From assembly GCA_016189835.1 (NCBI GenBank), contig JACPRU010000057.1:24454-88453 (forward strand): a stretch of 64,000 nucleotides of DNA, written 5' to 3'. Numbering within the stretch: position 1 is the stretch's first letter; each line of letters starts with the position of its first letter. The position numbers and the translations under genes are program-made. Positions 44,898 to 52,998 of this stretch are shown here, piece after piece. Origin of the DNA: Deltaproteobacteria bacterium. Its GTDB lineage: Bacteria > Desulfobacterota > Binatia > JACPRU01. The notes below the pieces were generated by a model, which searched no databases, was not told the DNA's origin, and saw only the letters and a program-made list of their open reading frames with translations.

Positions 44898-45965
44898 TCA
44901 CTTCGATCGGCGAAACCGCGGGGACCACGTCGACGAGCCGGAACCGATCGCGAATGATGATCTCGCCAGCTCCTGGTGCTTGGCGACCGGCGCCGAAAAG
45001 ATGCCCGGCATCTGGAACGTGACGTGCAGATCCCGCAATTCGTCGTTGCGCACCACCTTGAGCTTGGAGAAGTGAGCAAATCCCCACTCCATGAGCTCTT
45101 GCGCGACCAGGAATCGAGCCCGCAGCGTCGGGCAGCCCATGACGACCGCGATCAATCGCATCCCGTCACGGGCGGCAGTGGCGGTCAGATTGAAACCCGC
45201 TCGGCGATAGTACCCGGTCTTCAGCCCGTCGACGCCTTCCATGCGGCCGACCAGGTGATTGGTGTTGCGGAGCAGCACGGTGCCGTTGCGAATCGGCACG
45301 ACGGGTCGAGACGAGTAGCGGAACACCTCGCGATGCTCGAGCAGTTTTCGCGCGAGAACGGCCTGATCGGCCGCGGAGCTCATGTCCGGGAGCCCCTTGC
45401 CCCGTCGGGGCGGGAGACCGTTGACCGTGCGATACACGGTCTCGCTCATCCCGAGCTCTCTCGCGCGCTCGTTCATGCGCGCGATCATCGCCGACGGGCT
45501 GCGCGCGACGGCCTCGGCGATCGCCACGCTGGCACCGTTCGCCGACGCGACCAGCATCGCCTTGATGAGATCCTCGAGCAGCAGCTTCTCGCCCGCTCGG
45601 AGCAGCACGGCCGAGCCGCCGGTGCGGCTGGCGGCCAGGCTGATCGGCACCTCTTGGTCGAGGCGGATCTCGCCGCGCTCCAGCGCCTCGAAGGTGAGCA
45701 GGGCCACCATCATCTTCACCATCGACGCCGGCGGCCGGGGCTCCGACGAATCCTTGTCGAACAACACTCGGCCGCTGTCTCCGTCGACCAGGAGCGCGGA
45801 CGCATACGGCCCCTGGGGAGGCGTCTCGGGAAGCGCCGGGTGCGTCGGGGCCGGCGCTGGCGCGCGGCGCTGCACGCGGCGTTGGCGCTGACTGGCCGAA
45901 GCGGGATCCCACGACCCGAGCACGAGCCAGGTCGCTACCACTACGCAGAGCCAACTGCGCTTCAT
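44898..45965 (-). CDS. dacC: D-alanyl-D-alanine carboxypeptidase (peptidase S11, PBP5/6-like); the C-terminus is probably frameshifted
   Basis: MKRSWLCVVV signal peptide, then SMVK (SxxK), SAN (SxN) and KTGY (KTG). The PBP5_C-like sequence GEIIIRDRFRLVDVVPAVSPIEVTAGIWR continues in another frame to 44857. Confidence 0.85.
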   Translation of the reverse strand: MKRSWLCVVVATWLVLGSWDPASASQRQRRVQRRAPAPAPTHPALPETPPQGPYASALLVDGDSGRVLFDKDSSEPRPPASMVKMMVALLTFEALERGEIRLDQEVPISLAASRTGGSAVLLRAGEKLLLEDLIKAMLVASANGASVAIAEAVARSPSAMIARMNERARELGMSETVYRTVNGLPPRRGKGLPDMSSAADQAVLARKLLEHREVFRYSSRPVVPIRNGTVLLRNTNHLVGRMEGVDGLKTGYYRRAGFNLTATAARDGMRLIAVVMGCPTLRARFLVAQELMEWGFAHFSKLKVVRNDELRDLHVTFQMPGIFSAPVAKHQELARSSFAIGSGSSTWSPRFRRSK

Positions 45966-46135
45966 CGCGATGCTAGTCCCGCCCTTCCGTCTGCTTCGCC
46001 CACCGCCATAATCTTTCCGGAATCCGAAAGCAATTGTCAACCGAAACAGGGTGTTGCGACGTTCGTTGCGGCCGCGCGGCGAGCCGGAGGGGGCGGTTTG
46101 ACAGGCCATGGGGAAATCACTAAGCAGCCGAGGCG

Positions 46136-47116
46136 GTGTCGAAGATCCTGGGGATGGGTCACTACCTGCCGGAGCGCCGGGTGGGCAACGCCGAGCTGTC
46201 CCAGCGGCTCGGTGGCCCGGTGGACGAGGTCGTCGGCGAGGAGGGCCCGCGCTTCCGTCACTACGCCGCGAACGGAGAGGGGCCATCCGATTTGGCGCGA
46301 GTCGCGGCGCAGCGCGCGCTGCACGAGGCGGGTTTGCAGCCCGCCGACCTCGACTTCTTGATCTTCGCGACCATGACCCCGGACGTCACGTTCCCCGGAG
46401 CGGGCTGCTATCTGCAGGACAAGCTCGGCTGCCGGACCGTGGGCGCGCTCGACCTGCGGGCGCAATGTGCGGGCTTTCTGTTCGCGCTCGAGGTGGCCGA
46501 GCAGTTCCTCGAGGCGGGTGCGTACCGCCGGATCCTGATCGCGGCGGCAGACGTGCACTCCTCCGGGCTCGATTTCACGGCGCGCGGTCGAATGGTGACG
46601 CCGCTGTTCGGTGATGGTGCCGTTGCGGTGGTGCTCGGCGAGGAGCGCGGTGGTTTCGTCGACTCGGTGATCCACACCGACGCCGCCGAATTCGAGCGCT
46701 TCTGGTGCGAGTTCCCCTCCAGTCGCCGCCGGCCCACGCGCCTCCTGCCCGAGGATCTGCCGCTCGGCAGGCAATACCCGACGATCGATGCCGCGTTCGT
46801 GCAGAGCGACGGCCTCGCGCGCATTCGATCGGCGGTGACAGAGCTGCTGGAAAGGAGTGGCGCGCGGGCGCGCGAGGTGCGCCGCTATTTCTTCCAGCAC
46901 GTCTATCGCCGAACGGCGCTGGCGGCCGCGACGGCCCTCGGCGTGGCCGATCTCGCCGTCGTCGGCGGCGCCGACGTGGGACACATCGCGAGCGCATCGC
47001 TGGCAATCGCACTGAACAGCGCGCGGGAGAGCGGCGAGGTGGCGGAGGGCGATCTCGTCTGTCTCGCCACGGCCGGGGCAGGGATGAACTCGGCGGCCGC
47101 GCTGATTCGACTGTGA
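46136..47116 (+). CDS. Divergent FabH-like (KAS III family) protein
   Basis: 326 aa with a GTG start. The active-site Cys context AQCAGF is retained. The PHQAN motif reads FQHVY, and the GNT asparagine position reads VGHIAS. Confidence 0.75.
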   Translation: MSKILGMGHYLPERRVGNAELSQRLGGPVDEVVGEEGPRFRHYAANGEGPSDLARVAAQRALHEAGLQPADLDFLIFATMTPDVTFPGAGCYLQDKLGCRTVGALDLRAQCAGFLFALEVAEQFLEAGAYRRILIAAADVHSSGLDFTARGRMVTPLFGDGAVAVVLGEERGGFVDSVIHTDAAEFERFWCEFPSSRRRPTRLLPEDLPLGRQYPTIDAAFVQSDGLARIRSAVTELLERSGARAREVRRYFFQHVYRRTALAAATALGVADLAVVGGADVGHIASASLAIALNSARESGEVAEGDLVCLATAGAGMNSAAALIRL

Positions 47117-48129
47117 GCACGATGGCGCTGCGGAACTCCAGGATCGTCGGGCTCGGCAAGCATCTCCCCGCGAAGGTCGTCACCAACGCCGATCTGACGC
47201 GGGTGATGGAGACCAGCGACGAGTGGATCCAGCAGCGCACCGGCATCCGCGAGCGCCGCTACATCGACCAGGACACCGGAGCGGCGGAGCTCGGCGCCGC
47301 GGCGGCGCGCGAGGCGCTCGACCGAGCGGGACTGCGGGCCGATCAGATGGACCTGATCTTGTTCGCGACGTTGAGCCCCGATTACGACTTTCCGGCCAGC
47401 GCCTGTGTGATGTCGCGCCTGCTCGGCGTGCGCGGCAGGGCGGCGTTCGACGTCCGGAACCAGTGCAGCGGATTCGTCTACGGGCTGGCGATCGCCGACC
47501 GGTTCGTCAAGACGGGTCGGGCGCAGCGCGTGCTGCTGGTGGGCGGCGAGGTTCACTCGACGGGGATCGATCTCTCGACCCGGGGTCGGGACGTGGCGGT
47601 GATCTTCGGCGACGGTGCCGCCGCCGCCGTGATCGCCGCCGAGCCGGACCCGAGCCGGGGGATCCTGTCGACACACCTGCACGCGCAGGGCAAGTACGCG
47701 GAGAAGCTCTGGCTCGAGGCTGCGGCCAGCCGCTCCCGTCCGCGATTGTCGCCCGACATGCTCGAGGGAGCGAAGCCGCGCATCTTCCCGTACATGGACG
47801 GCAAGTACGTCTTCAAGCACGCCGTCACGCGGTTTCCCGAGGTCATTCTCGAAGCACTCTCGGCCAACGGCTGTACCGTGAAGGACCTCGATCTGCTGAT
47901 TCCCCACCAGGCGAACCTGCGCATCAACCAGATGGTCGCGATGGGGCTCGAGCTCCGCGAGGAGCAGATGTTCAACAACATCGATCGCTACGGAAACACC
48001 ACCGCGGCGTCGATTCCGCTGGCGCTGTACGAAGCGGTGGAGGCCGGCCGGGTGCGCGAGGGCGCGCTCGTCTGCCTGGCCGCCTTCGGCGCCGGCTTCA
48101 CCTGGGCGTCGGCCCTGATTCGCTGGTGA
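47113..48129 (+). CDS. fabH: 3-oxoacyl-ACP synthase III
   Basis: The GTG at 47113 overlaps the upstream stop (an ATG at 47122 is an alternative). Canonical NQCSGF, IPHQANLRI and YGNTTAASIPLAL are all present. Confidence 0.92.
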   Translation: MSTMALRNSRIVGLGKHLPAKVVTNADLTRVMETSDEWIQQRTGIRERRYIDQDTGAAELGAAAAREALDRAGLRADQMDLILFATLSPDYDFPASACVMSRLLGVRGRAAFDVRNQCSGFVYGLAIADRFVKTGRAQRVLLVGGEVHSTGIDLSTRGRDVAVIFGDGAAAAVIAAEPDPSRGILSTHLHAQGKYAEKLWLEAAASRSRPRLSPDMLEGAKPRIFPYMDGKYVFKHAVTRFPEVILEALSANGCTVKDLDLLIPHQANLRINQMVAMGLELREEQMFNNIDRYGNTTAASIPLALYEAVEAGRVREGALVCLAAFGAGFTWASALIRW

Positions 48130-48629
48130 GCTCCGCTTCCGCCAGGCTCCGCGCCGAGCCCCCGCTCGGCATCGTCCTCGAGCGAATGCGCCGGTCGGAC
48201 CTCGCCGCGGTCGTGGAGCTCGAACGGCGAACGTTCGCGCACCCCTGGACCGCTCGACTGTTCCTGCGCGAGCTGCGTCTGCCGTTCTCCAAGATCGTGG
48301 TCGCTCGCTCGAGCGAGGCGGGGGAGGGGAGGGTCGTGGGTTACATCTGTCGTTGGCTGAGGGACGGCGACGTCGAGATCCAGAACGTCGCGGTCCATCC
48401 CGACTGGCGGCGGCGATCGATCGCTCGCTCGCTGGTGGAGAGCGTGCTGGCGGAGGCGGCCGAGGTCGGGGCTGAGCGCGTCCTGCTCGAAGCCCGCCGC
48501 CACAACCAACCGGCGATCGACCTCTACCGATCGCTCGGCTTCGTCGAGACCGGGATCCGGCGACGCTACTATGCCGACGGCGAGGACGCGCTGCTGATGG
48601 AGCGGCGACCGATTCGTGGCGACGCCTGA
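48126..48629 (+). CDS. rimI: Ribosomal-protein-alanine N-acetyltransferase
   Basis: GTGA overlap with fabH. VELERRTFAHPW...IQNVAVHPDWRRRSIARSL...LYRSLGF. Confidence 0.85.
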   Translation: MSSASARLRAEPPLGIVLERMRRSDLAAVVELERRTFAHPWTARLFLRELRLPFSKIVVARSSEAGEGRVVGYICRWLRDGDVEIQNVAVHPDWRRRSIARSLVESVLAEAAEVGAERVLLEARRHNQPAIDLYRSLGFVETGIRRRYYADGEDALLMERRPIRGDA

Positions 48630-49536
48630 CCTACGCGTGGATCTGGGCGGCGGGCTCTCGCTCGCCAACCCGGTGATCGCCGCTTCGGGCACGTTCGGCT
48701 ACGGGCTGGAATACGCCGGAGTCGCGGACCCGGCGGCGCTCGGTGCGGTCGTCGTCAAGGGGCTGTCGCTGCACCCGGCTGCCGGGCATCCCGCGCCGCG
48801 GATGGTGGAGACCCCGGCCGGGATGTTGAACGCGATCGGCCTGCAGAACATCGGCGTCGAGCGCTTCGTCGCCGAGAAGCTGCCCTGGCTCCGCGAGCGC
48901 GGTGTGACCGTCGTCGTCAATTGCTGGGGTACGACGGTCGAAGAATACGGCGAGGTGGTCGCCGCGCTCGACGGCGCGAGCGGCATCGCGGCGGTCGAGG
49001 TCAACATCTCGAGCCCGAACAAGCGCGAGTGGGGCCGCATCATCGCCACCGATGCCAAGCGCACCGCCGAGGTCGTGGCCGCCGCGCGCGGCAGCACGCG
49101 GCGACCGTTGTGGGTCAAGCTGTCGCCGAACGTGACCGACATCGTCGAGTTCGCGCGGATCGCCGAGGCCGAGGGCGCCGACGCCGTGTGCGTCGCCAAT
49201 ACCTACGTCGGTATGGCCGTCGACCTGAGGACGCGACGACCGGTTCTCAGCAACGGCAGCGGCGGCTTGTCCGGCCCCGCCATCAAGCCGCTCACGCTTC
49301 GCGCCGTTCATCAGGTCGTGCGCGGCTGTCGGCTTCCGGTGATCGGCGTGGGCGGCATCACGAGCGGCGAGGATGCTCTGGAGTATCTGCTGGTGGGAGC
49401 GCGCGCCGTGCAGGTGGGTACCGCGCATCTCTACGATCCGTCGGCCGGCCTGAAGATCCTCAGTCAAATCAAGAAGTTCCTCGAGCGCGAAGCGATCGAT
49501 CGCCTGACGCAGTTCATCGGTACTCTCGAGGGCTAG
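48616..49536 (+). CDS. pyrD: Dihydroorotate dehydrogenase, class-1-like catalytic subunit
   Basis: 306 aa with NPVIAASGTFGYG, NAIGLQN, NISSPN, KLSPNV, GGLSGPAIKP and GVGGI. GTG start, overlapping rimI by 14 nt. Confidence 0.9.
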   Translation: MATPDLRVDLGGGLSLANPVIAASGTFGYGLEYAGVADPAALGAVVVKGLSLHPAAGHPAPRMVETPAGMLNAIGLQNIGVERFVAEKLPWLRERGVTVVVNCWGTTVEEYGEVVAALDGASGIAAVEVNISSPNKREWGRIIATDAKRTAEVVAAARGSTRRPLWVKLSPNVTDIVEFARIAEAEGADAVCVANTYVGMAVDLRTRRPVLSNGSGGLSGPAIKPLTLRAVHQVVRGCRLPVIGVGGITSGEDALEYLLVGARAVQVGTAHLYDPSAGLKILSQIKKFLEREAIDRLTQFIGTLEG

Positions 49537-49544
49537 AAATTACC

Positions 49545-49573
49545 TTGACCTGATCGCGTAAGTAGTCTAAAAT
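49545..49573 (+). promoter_or_regulatory. Near-consensus sigma70 promoter TTGACC-N17-TAAAAT for carD
   Basis: It lies in the AT-richest intergenic stretch of the window. TAAGGAGAG follows at 49601-49609, before the ATG at 49614. Confidence 0.6.
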
Positions 49574-49613
49574 CCAGCAGTTATTATACTCCACCGCTGG
49601 TAAGGAGAGTCGC

Positions 49614-50117
49614 ATGCTCAAGGCAGGCGCTGCGTTCAAGGTCGGAGAAAAAGTCGTCTATCCCGCTCACGGCGTCGGCATCATCGAGAGCTTGCAGGTG
49701 CGAAACGTTTCCGGAACCCAGAAGAAGTTCTACATGCTGCGCATCGTCGACAGCGAGATGACGATCATGATTCCGACCGAAAACGTGCAGACCGTCGGCC
49801 TGCGGCGCATCATCGGCAAGGACATGGTCAGCAAGGTCTACAGGATCCTGCGCGAGAAGAAGGTCGAGGTCGATCAGCAGACCTGGAACCGGCGCTACCG
49901 CGAGTACACCGAAAAGATCAAGACCGGATCGGTCCTGGAGATCGCCAAGGTGCTGCGCGACTTGTTCGTGCTCAAGGCGGACAAGGAGCTGTCCTTCGGC
50001 GAGCGCAAGATGCTCGACACTGCGCGCAATCTGCTCGTCAAGGAGTTGGCGATCGCCCGCTCGTTTCCCGAAGACAAGATCATGGAGGAACTGAAGACCA
50101 TCTTCGCGCGCCACTGA
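49614..50117 (+). CDS. carD: CarD/CdnL-family RNA-polymerase-binding transcription factor
   Basis: 167 aa with FKVGEKVVYPAHGVGIIESL...KKFYMLRI...WNRRYREY. Confidence 0.93.
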   Translation: MLKAGAAFKVGEKVVYPAHGVGIIESLQVRNVSGTQKKFYMLRIVDSEMTIMIPTENVQTVGLRRIIGKDMVSKVYRILREKKVEVDQQTWNRRYREYTEKIKTGSVLEIAKVLRDLFVLKADKELSFGERKMLDTARNLLVKELAIARSFPEDKIMEELKTIFARH

Positions 50118-50138
50118 GCGTGGGGGTGTTCCAGCCGA

Positions 50139-50178
50139 CGCGAGGGGCCGGGAGCGATCTCGGCCCCTCGCGTTTTTT
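50139..50178 (+). terminator. Intrinsic terminator after carD
   Basis: 12-bp perfect stem CGCGAGGGGCCG / CGGCCCCTCGCG with a 10-nt loop, followed by TTTTTT. Confidence 0.8.
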
Positions 50179-50198
50179 CGGCGAAGCGCCGCGCCTCG

Positions 50199-51491
50199 TC
50201 ACACGTATTGCATCGTCACGAAGCGCCCGCGCAGGCGGTTCACCCCCTCCTTCACCACCTTGCCGCGCGCCGCATCGGCGATCAGCGCGGCGAGCTCGCC
50301 CATCTCGGCTTCCCTCATGCCGAACCGGGTCATCTCCTGCACGCCGATGCGCAGCCCGGAGGGATTCCGCGGATCCTGATCGCCCGGCAGCATGTTGTAG
50401 TTCACGATGATGTCCTGACTCTCCAGGCGCCCCGCCACCTCCACGCCGCCGCCGAAGGAGGCGACGTCGACCGCGACTTGGTGGCTGCGCGTGAAGCCGA
50501 AGTCCTTGGCTTCCACCGCGACCCCGCAATCCGACAAGGCTCGGCCGAGCGCCTGCGCATTGCGCACGACTTGGCGGACGTAGTCGGCGCCGTGCTGCTT
50601 CATCTCGCGCGTGGCGACCACCAATCCGGCGAGAGAATGCAGATGGTGATTGCTGGACGACCCGGGGAACACTCCGCGATCCGCCGGCCCCCAATAGGTC
50701 TCGGCGTCGCCATCATCGAGGTTCGCCAAGATCACGCCGCGCTGCGGCCCGGGAAACGTCTTGTGGGTACTGCCGGTCAGGTAGGTCGCGCCTTCGCGCA
50801 GAGGGTCCTGGAACTCCCCGCCGGCGATCAGCCCGAGCACGTGCGCACCGTCGAAGAGGATGGGGATCTTGTGCTGCCGGCAGACCGGCACCAGCTCCGC
50901 GATCGGCTCCGGGAACAGGAACAGGCTCTTGCCGAGCACGATGAGCTGCGGGCGCACCCGCTCGATCATGTCGACGGCGCCCTCGGCGTCGAGGTGGTAC
51001 TTGTCCGCCGTCAGCGGGAAGAAGTGGAGGCGCACGGAGTTGTCGCGTCCGGCGGCGAGCGTTTGACCGCGCACTTGGATGCGCCGGCCGAACACGCCGA
51101 CGAGGTTGTGGCTGATGTGGCCGCCGGCGTCGGTCGAGTTGACGATCACGCTGTCGCCCCCCCGCAGCCAGCCGAGGGCGATCGCGGTGTTGGCGGCATT
51201 GCCGCTGATCGGCCGCACGTCCGCCTGCCGGCAGCCGAACAGGGCCAGGATCTCTTGCCGCGCCTTGCGTTCGATCTCGTCGATGAATCGCGTGCCTTGG
51301 TAATAGCGGTTGACGCGGCCGGCTTCGTTCGGGTGGCCCTCGGCGTAGCGCGCCATGAAATCGGAGTTCTGGATCTCGCGGACGGCGCGGCTCTGCGCGT
51401 TCTCGCTGGCGATCAGATTGATCGTCTCGCGGCCACGCCAGCGCTCCTGCCGGGCGACCAGCTCCTCGATGTCGTGGATGTCTACGGCCAT
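50199..51491 (-). CDS. glyA: Serine hydroxymethyltransferase family protein (divergent)
   Basis: 430 aa from MAVDIHD, with INLIASEN, RYAEGHP and the PLP site GSTHKTFPGPQRG. Confidence 0.8.
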   Translation of the reverse strand: MAVDIHDIEELVARQERWRGRETINLIASENAQSRAVREIQNSDFMARYAEGHPNEAGRVNRYYQGTRFIDEIERKARQEILALFGCRQADVRPISGNAANTAIALGWLRGGDSVIVNSTDAGGHISHNLVGVFGRRIQVRGQTLAAGRDNSVRLHFFPLTADKYHLDAEGAVDMIERVRPQLIVLGKSLFLFPEPIAELVPVCRQHKIPILFDGAHVLGLIAGGEFQDPLREGATYLTGSTHKTFPGPQRGVILANLDDGDAETYWGPADRGVFPGSSSNHHLHSLAGLVVATREMKQHGADYVRQVVRNAQALGRALSDCGVAVEAKDFGFTRSHQVAVDVASFGGGVEVAGRLESQDIIVNYNMLPGDQDPRNPSGLRIGVQEMTRFGMREAEMGELAALIADAARGKVVKEGVNRLRGRFVTMQYV

Positions 51492-51607
51492 GCAGCTCTC
51501 CCTTCGGCGGTGCGGAGTGCGGCTTGTACCACCCGCCGACGAGCCCGCCAACACGCCCCCCCGGGCTGCGAAGCAGCGGCCGCCCGCGGCCGCCGGGAGA
51601 GCGAGGG

Positions 51608-51790
51608 TCAGGGGATGACGCGCTCGCCCTTCAGCGCGGTGATCTTCTCCCAACCGTAGCCCAGTTCGAGCAGGATCTCCTCGGTGTGCTGGCCGAGCTC
51701 GGGCGGGGGGATGCGCACTCCCCAGCGAGTATCCGAGAAGTCGAGGGGCGAGGACACCGCGCGGGTCGTGCCGCCGTCGGGCAGCGGTAC
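51608..51790 (-). pseudogene. 3'-terminal remnant of a family III (CaiB/BaiF) CoA-transferase
   Basis: Minus-strand translation ends ...PLPDGGTTRAVSSPLDFSDTRWGVRIPPPELGQHTEEILLELGYGWEKITALKGERVIP*, a typical CaiB-family C-terminus. There is no start codon or N-terminal domain, and only about 500 nt remain before the next gene. Confidence 0.55.
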
Positions 51791-52104
51791 GCGCGGCCTG
51801 CTTCTGCCGAAGACCGAGGACGAAGGTCGCGAGGTCGTCGAGCTCGCGGCCGGAGAACCTCGGCGGCTGCGTCGCGCGGGCGGCCTCGGCGAATGGTCTG
51901 CGGCGCGCGCTCGCGGGGCGGGCTGATCGCGGGGCCGGCCGCCGCGACGGGAACGATCACCCGGCGCGCCGTGGCGCCCGAGGCCGCATCATGCCGTGGC
52001 GCTCATGGGGCGGCGGTGACGGTTGATTTCGCCGAGCGCTGCGTTTAGACGTTTCCGCTTCTGCGTACCGCGCGGCGGACCTCGTCGGCGGGGCGGAGCT
52101 CGTC

Positions 52105-52845
52105 ATGAACAGCCTGGACTCCAGTCTTCTGTTCGGGATCGCCGCGGCCTCCGCCAACGTGCTCGGCGGTTGGATCGTGGTCGCACGACGCGAGCCCTGG
52201 GACCCCCGGCTGCTGCACGGCTTCGTCGCCGTCGGGGCCGGCTTCATGCTCGCGGCGGCGTTGCTGCGCATGGCTCCGGAGGCGGCCCGTCTGAGCGGGT
52301 CGGCCCCGCTGCTGATCCTCGTGGGCTATCTGGTGGTGCACCTCTTCGAGCACACCATCGCGCCGCACTTTCACTTCGGCGAGGAGACGCATCCGCAGCT
52401 GTTCGTCGGATCGTCCGTATGGGCGTCCGCGCTGGTCGGCCTGGTGGTCCACAGCCTGTTCGACGGCATCTCGATCGGCTCCGGCTTCCTGGTCAGCCCG
52501 GCCCTCGGGTTGCTCGTGTTCGCGGCGATCGTGCTGCACAAGGCGCCCGAGGGCTTCACGATCGCATCGGTGATGGTGGCCGCGGGCGTGAACCGGGGCG
52601 GCGCGCTCGGCGCCGCCTTCGCGGTCGGACTGGCGAGCGTGATCGGCGTGCTGGCCGCGCAGGCGCTGTCGCATCAGGTCGGCGCGGCGCTCGCCCTGTC
52701 GACCGGCGTGACGCTGTACGTCGCGGCCTCCGACCTCATTCCCGAGGTGAACAAGGAGGAGGGGACGCTGATGGCGGTGCTGGTATTCGTCGGCGTCGCG
52801 CTGTTCTACGGCAGCGACCAGGTGCTGTCGGCGCTCGGTCTGTGA
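52105..52845 (+). CDS. ZIP-family divalent metal transporter (ZupT-like)
   Basis: 246 aa with about 8 TM helices. Motifs are HSLFDGISIG and LHKAPEGF. Confidence 0.85.
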   Translation: MNSLDSSLLFGIAAASANVLGGWIVVARREPWDPRLLHGFVAVGAGFMLAAALLRMAPEAARLSGSAPLLILVGYLVVHLFEHTIAPHFHFGEETHPQLFVGSSVWASALVGLVVHSLFDGISIGSGFLVSPALGLLVFAAIVLHKAPEGFTIASVMVAAGVNRGGALGAAFAVGLASVIGVLAAQALSHQVGAALALSTGVTLYVAASDLIPEVNKEEGTLMAVLVFVGVALFYGSDQVLSALGL

Positions 52846-52998
52846 GCGCCGGCGAGACTCGCTTTTTGCACCCCGCTGTGCGACACAGGCCGCGGGGTCT
52901 TGCGTAGGGAGCAGCACGACCGTACCCGCGATGACTGGCCTGGGAGAAGCGACGGCGCCGCGACGTTCCGTTGGTGACCGCGGCACGAACCGACGACC

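Noticed and set aside
51492-51607. A possible ZTP (pfl) or other riboswitch in the glyA-like 5' region. GGCGG/CCGCC pairs lie near the RBS.
   Set aside because: The conserved ZTP elements (ACUGGCG, GGUGGA..CCACCGGG, CCGCCUGGGC) are not present. The complementary GC runs are expected by chance at this base composition.
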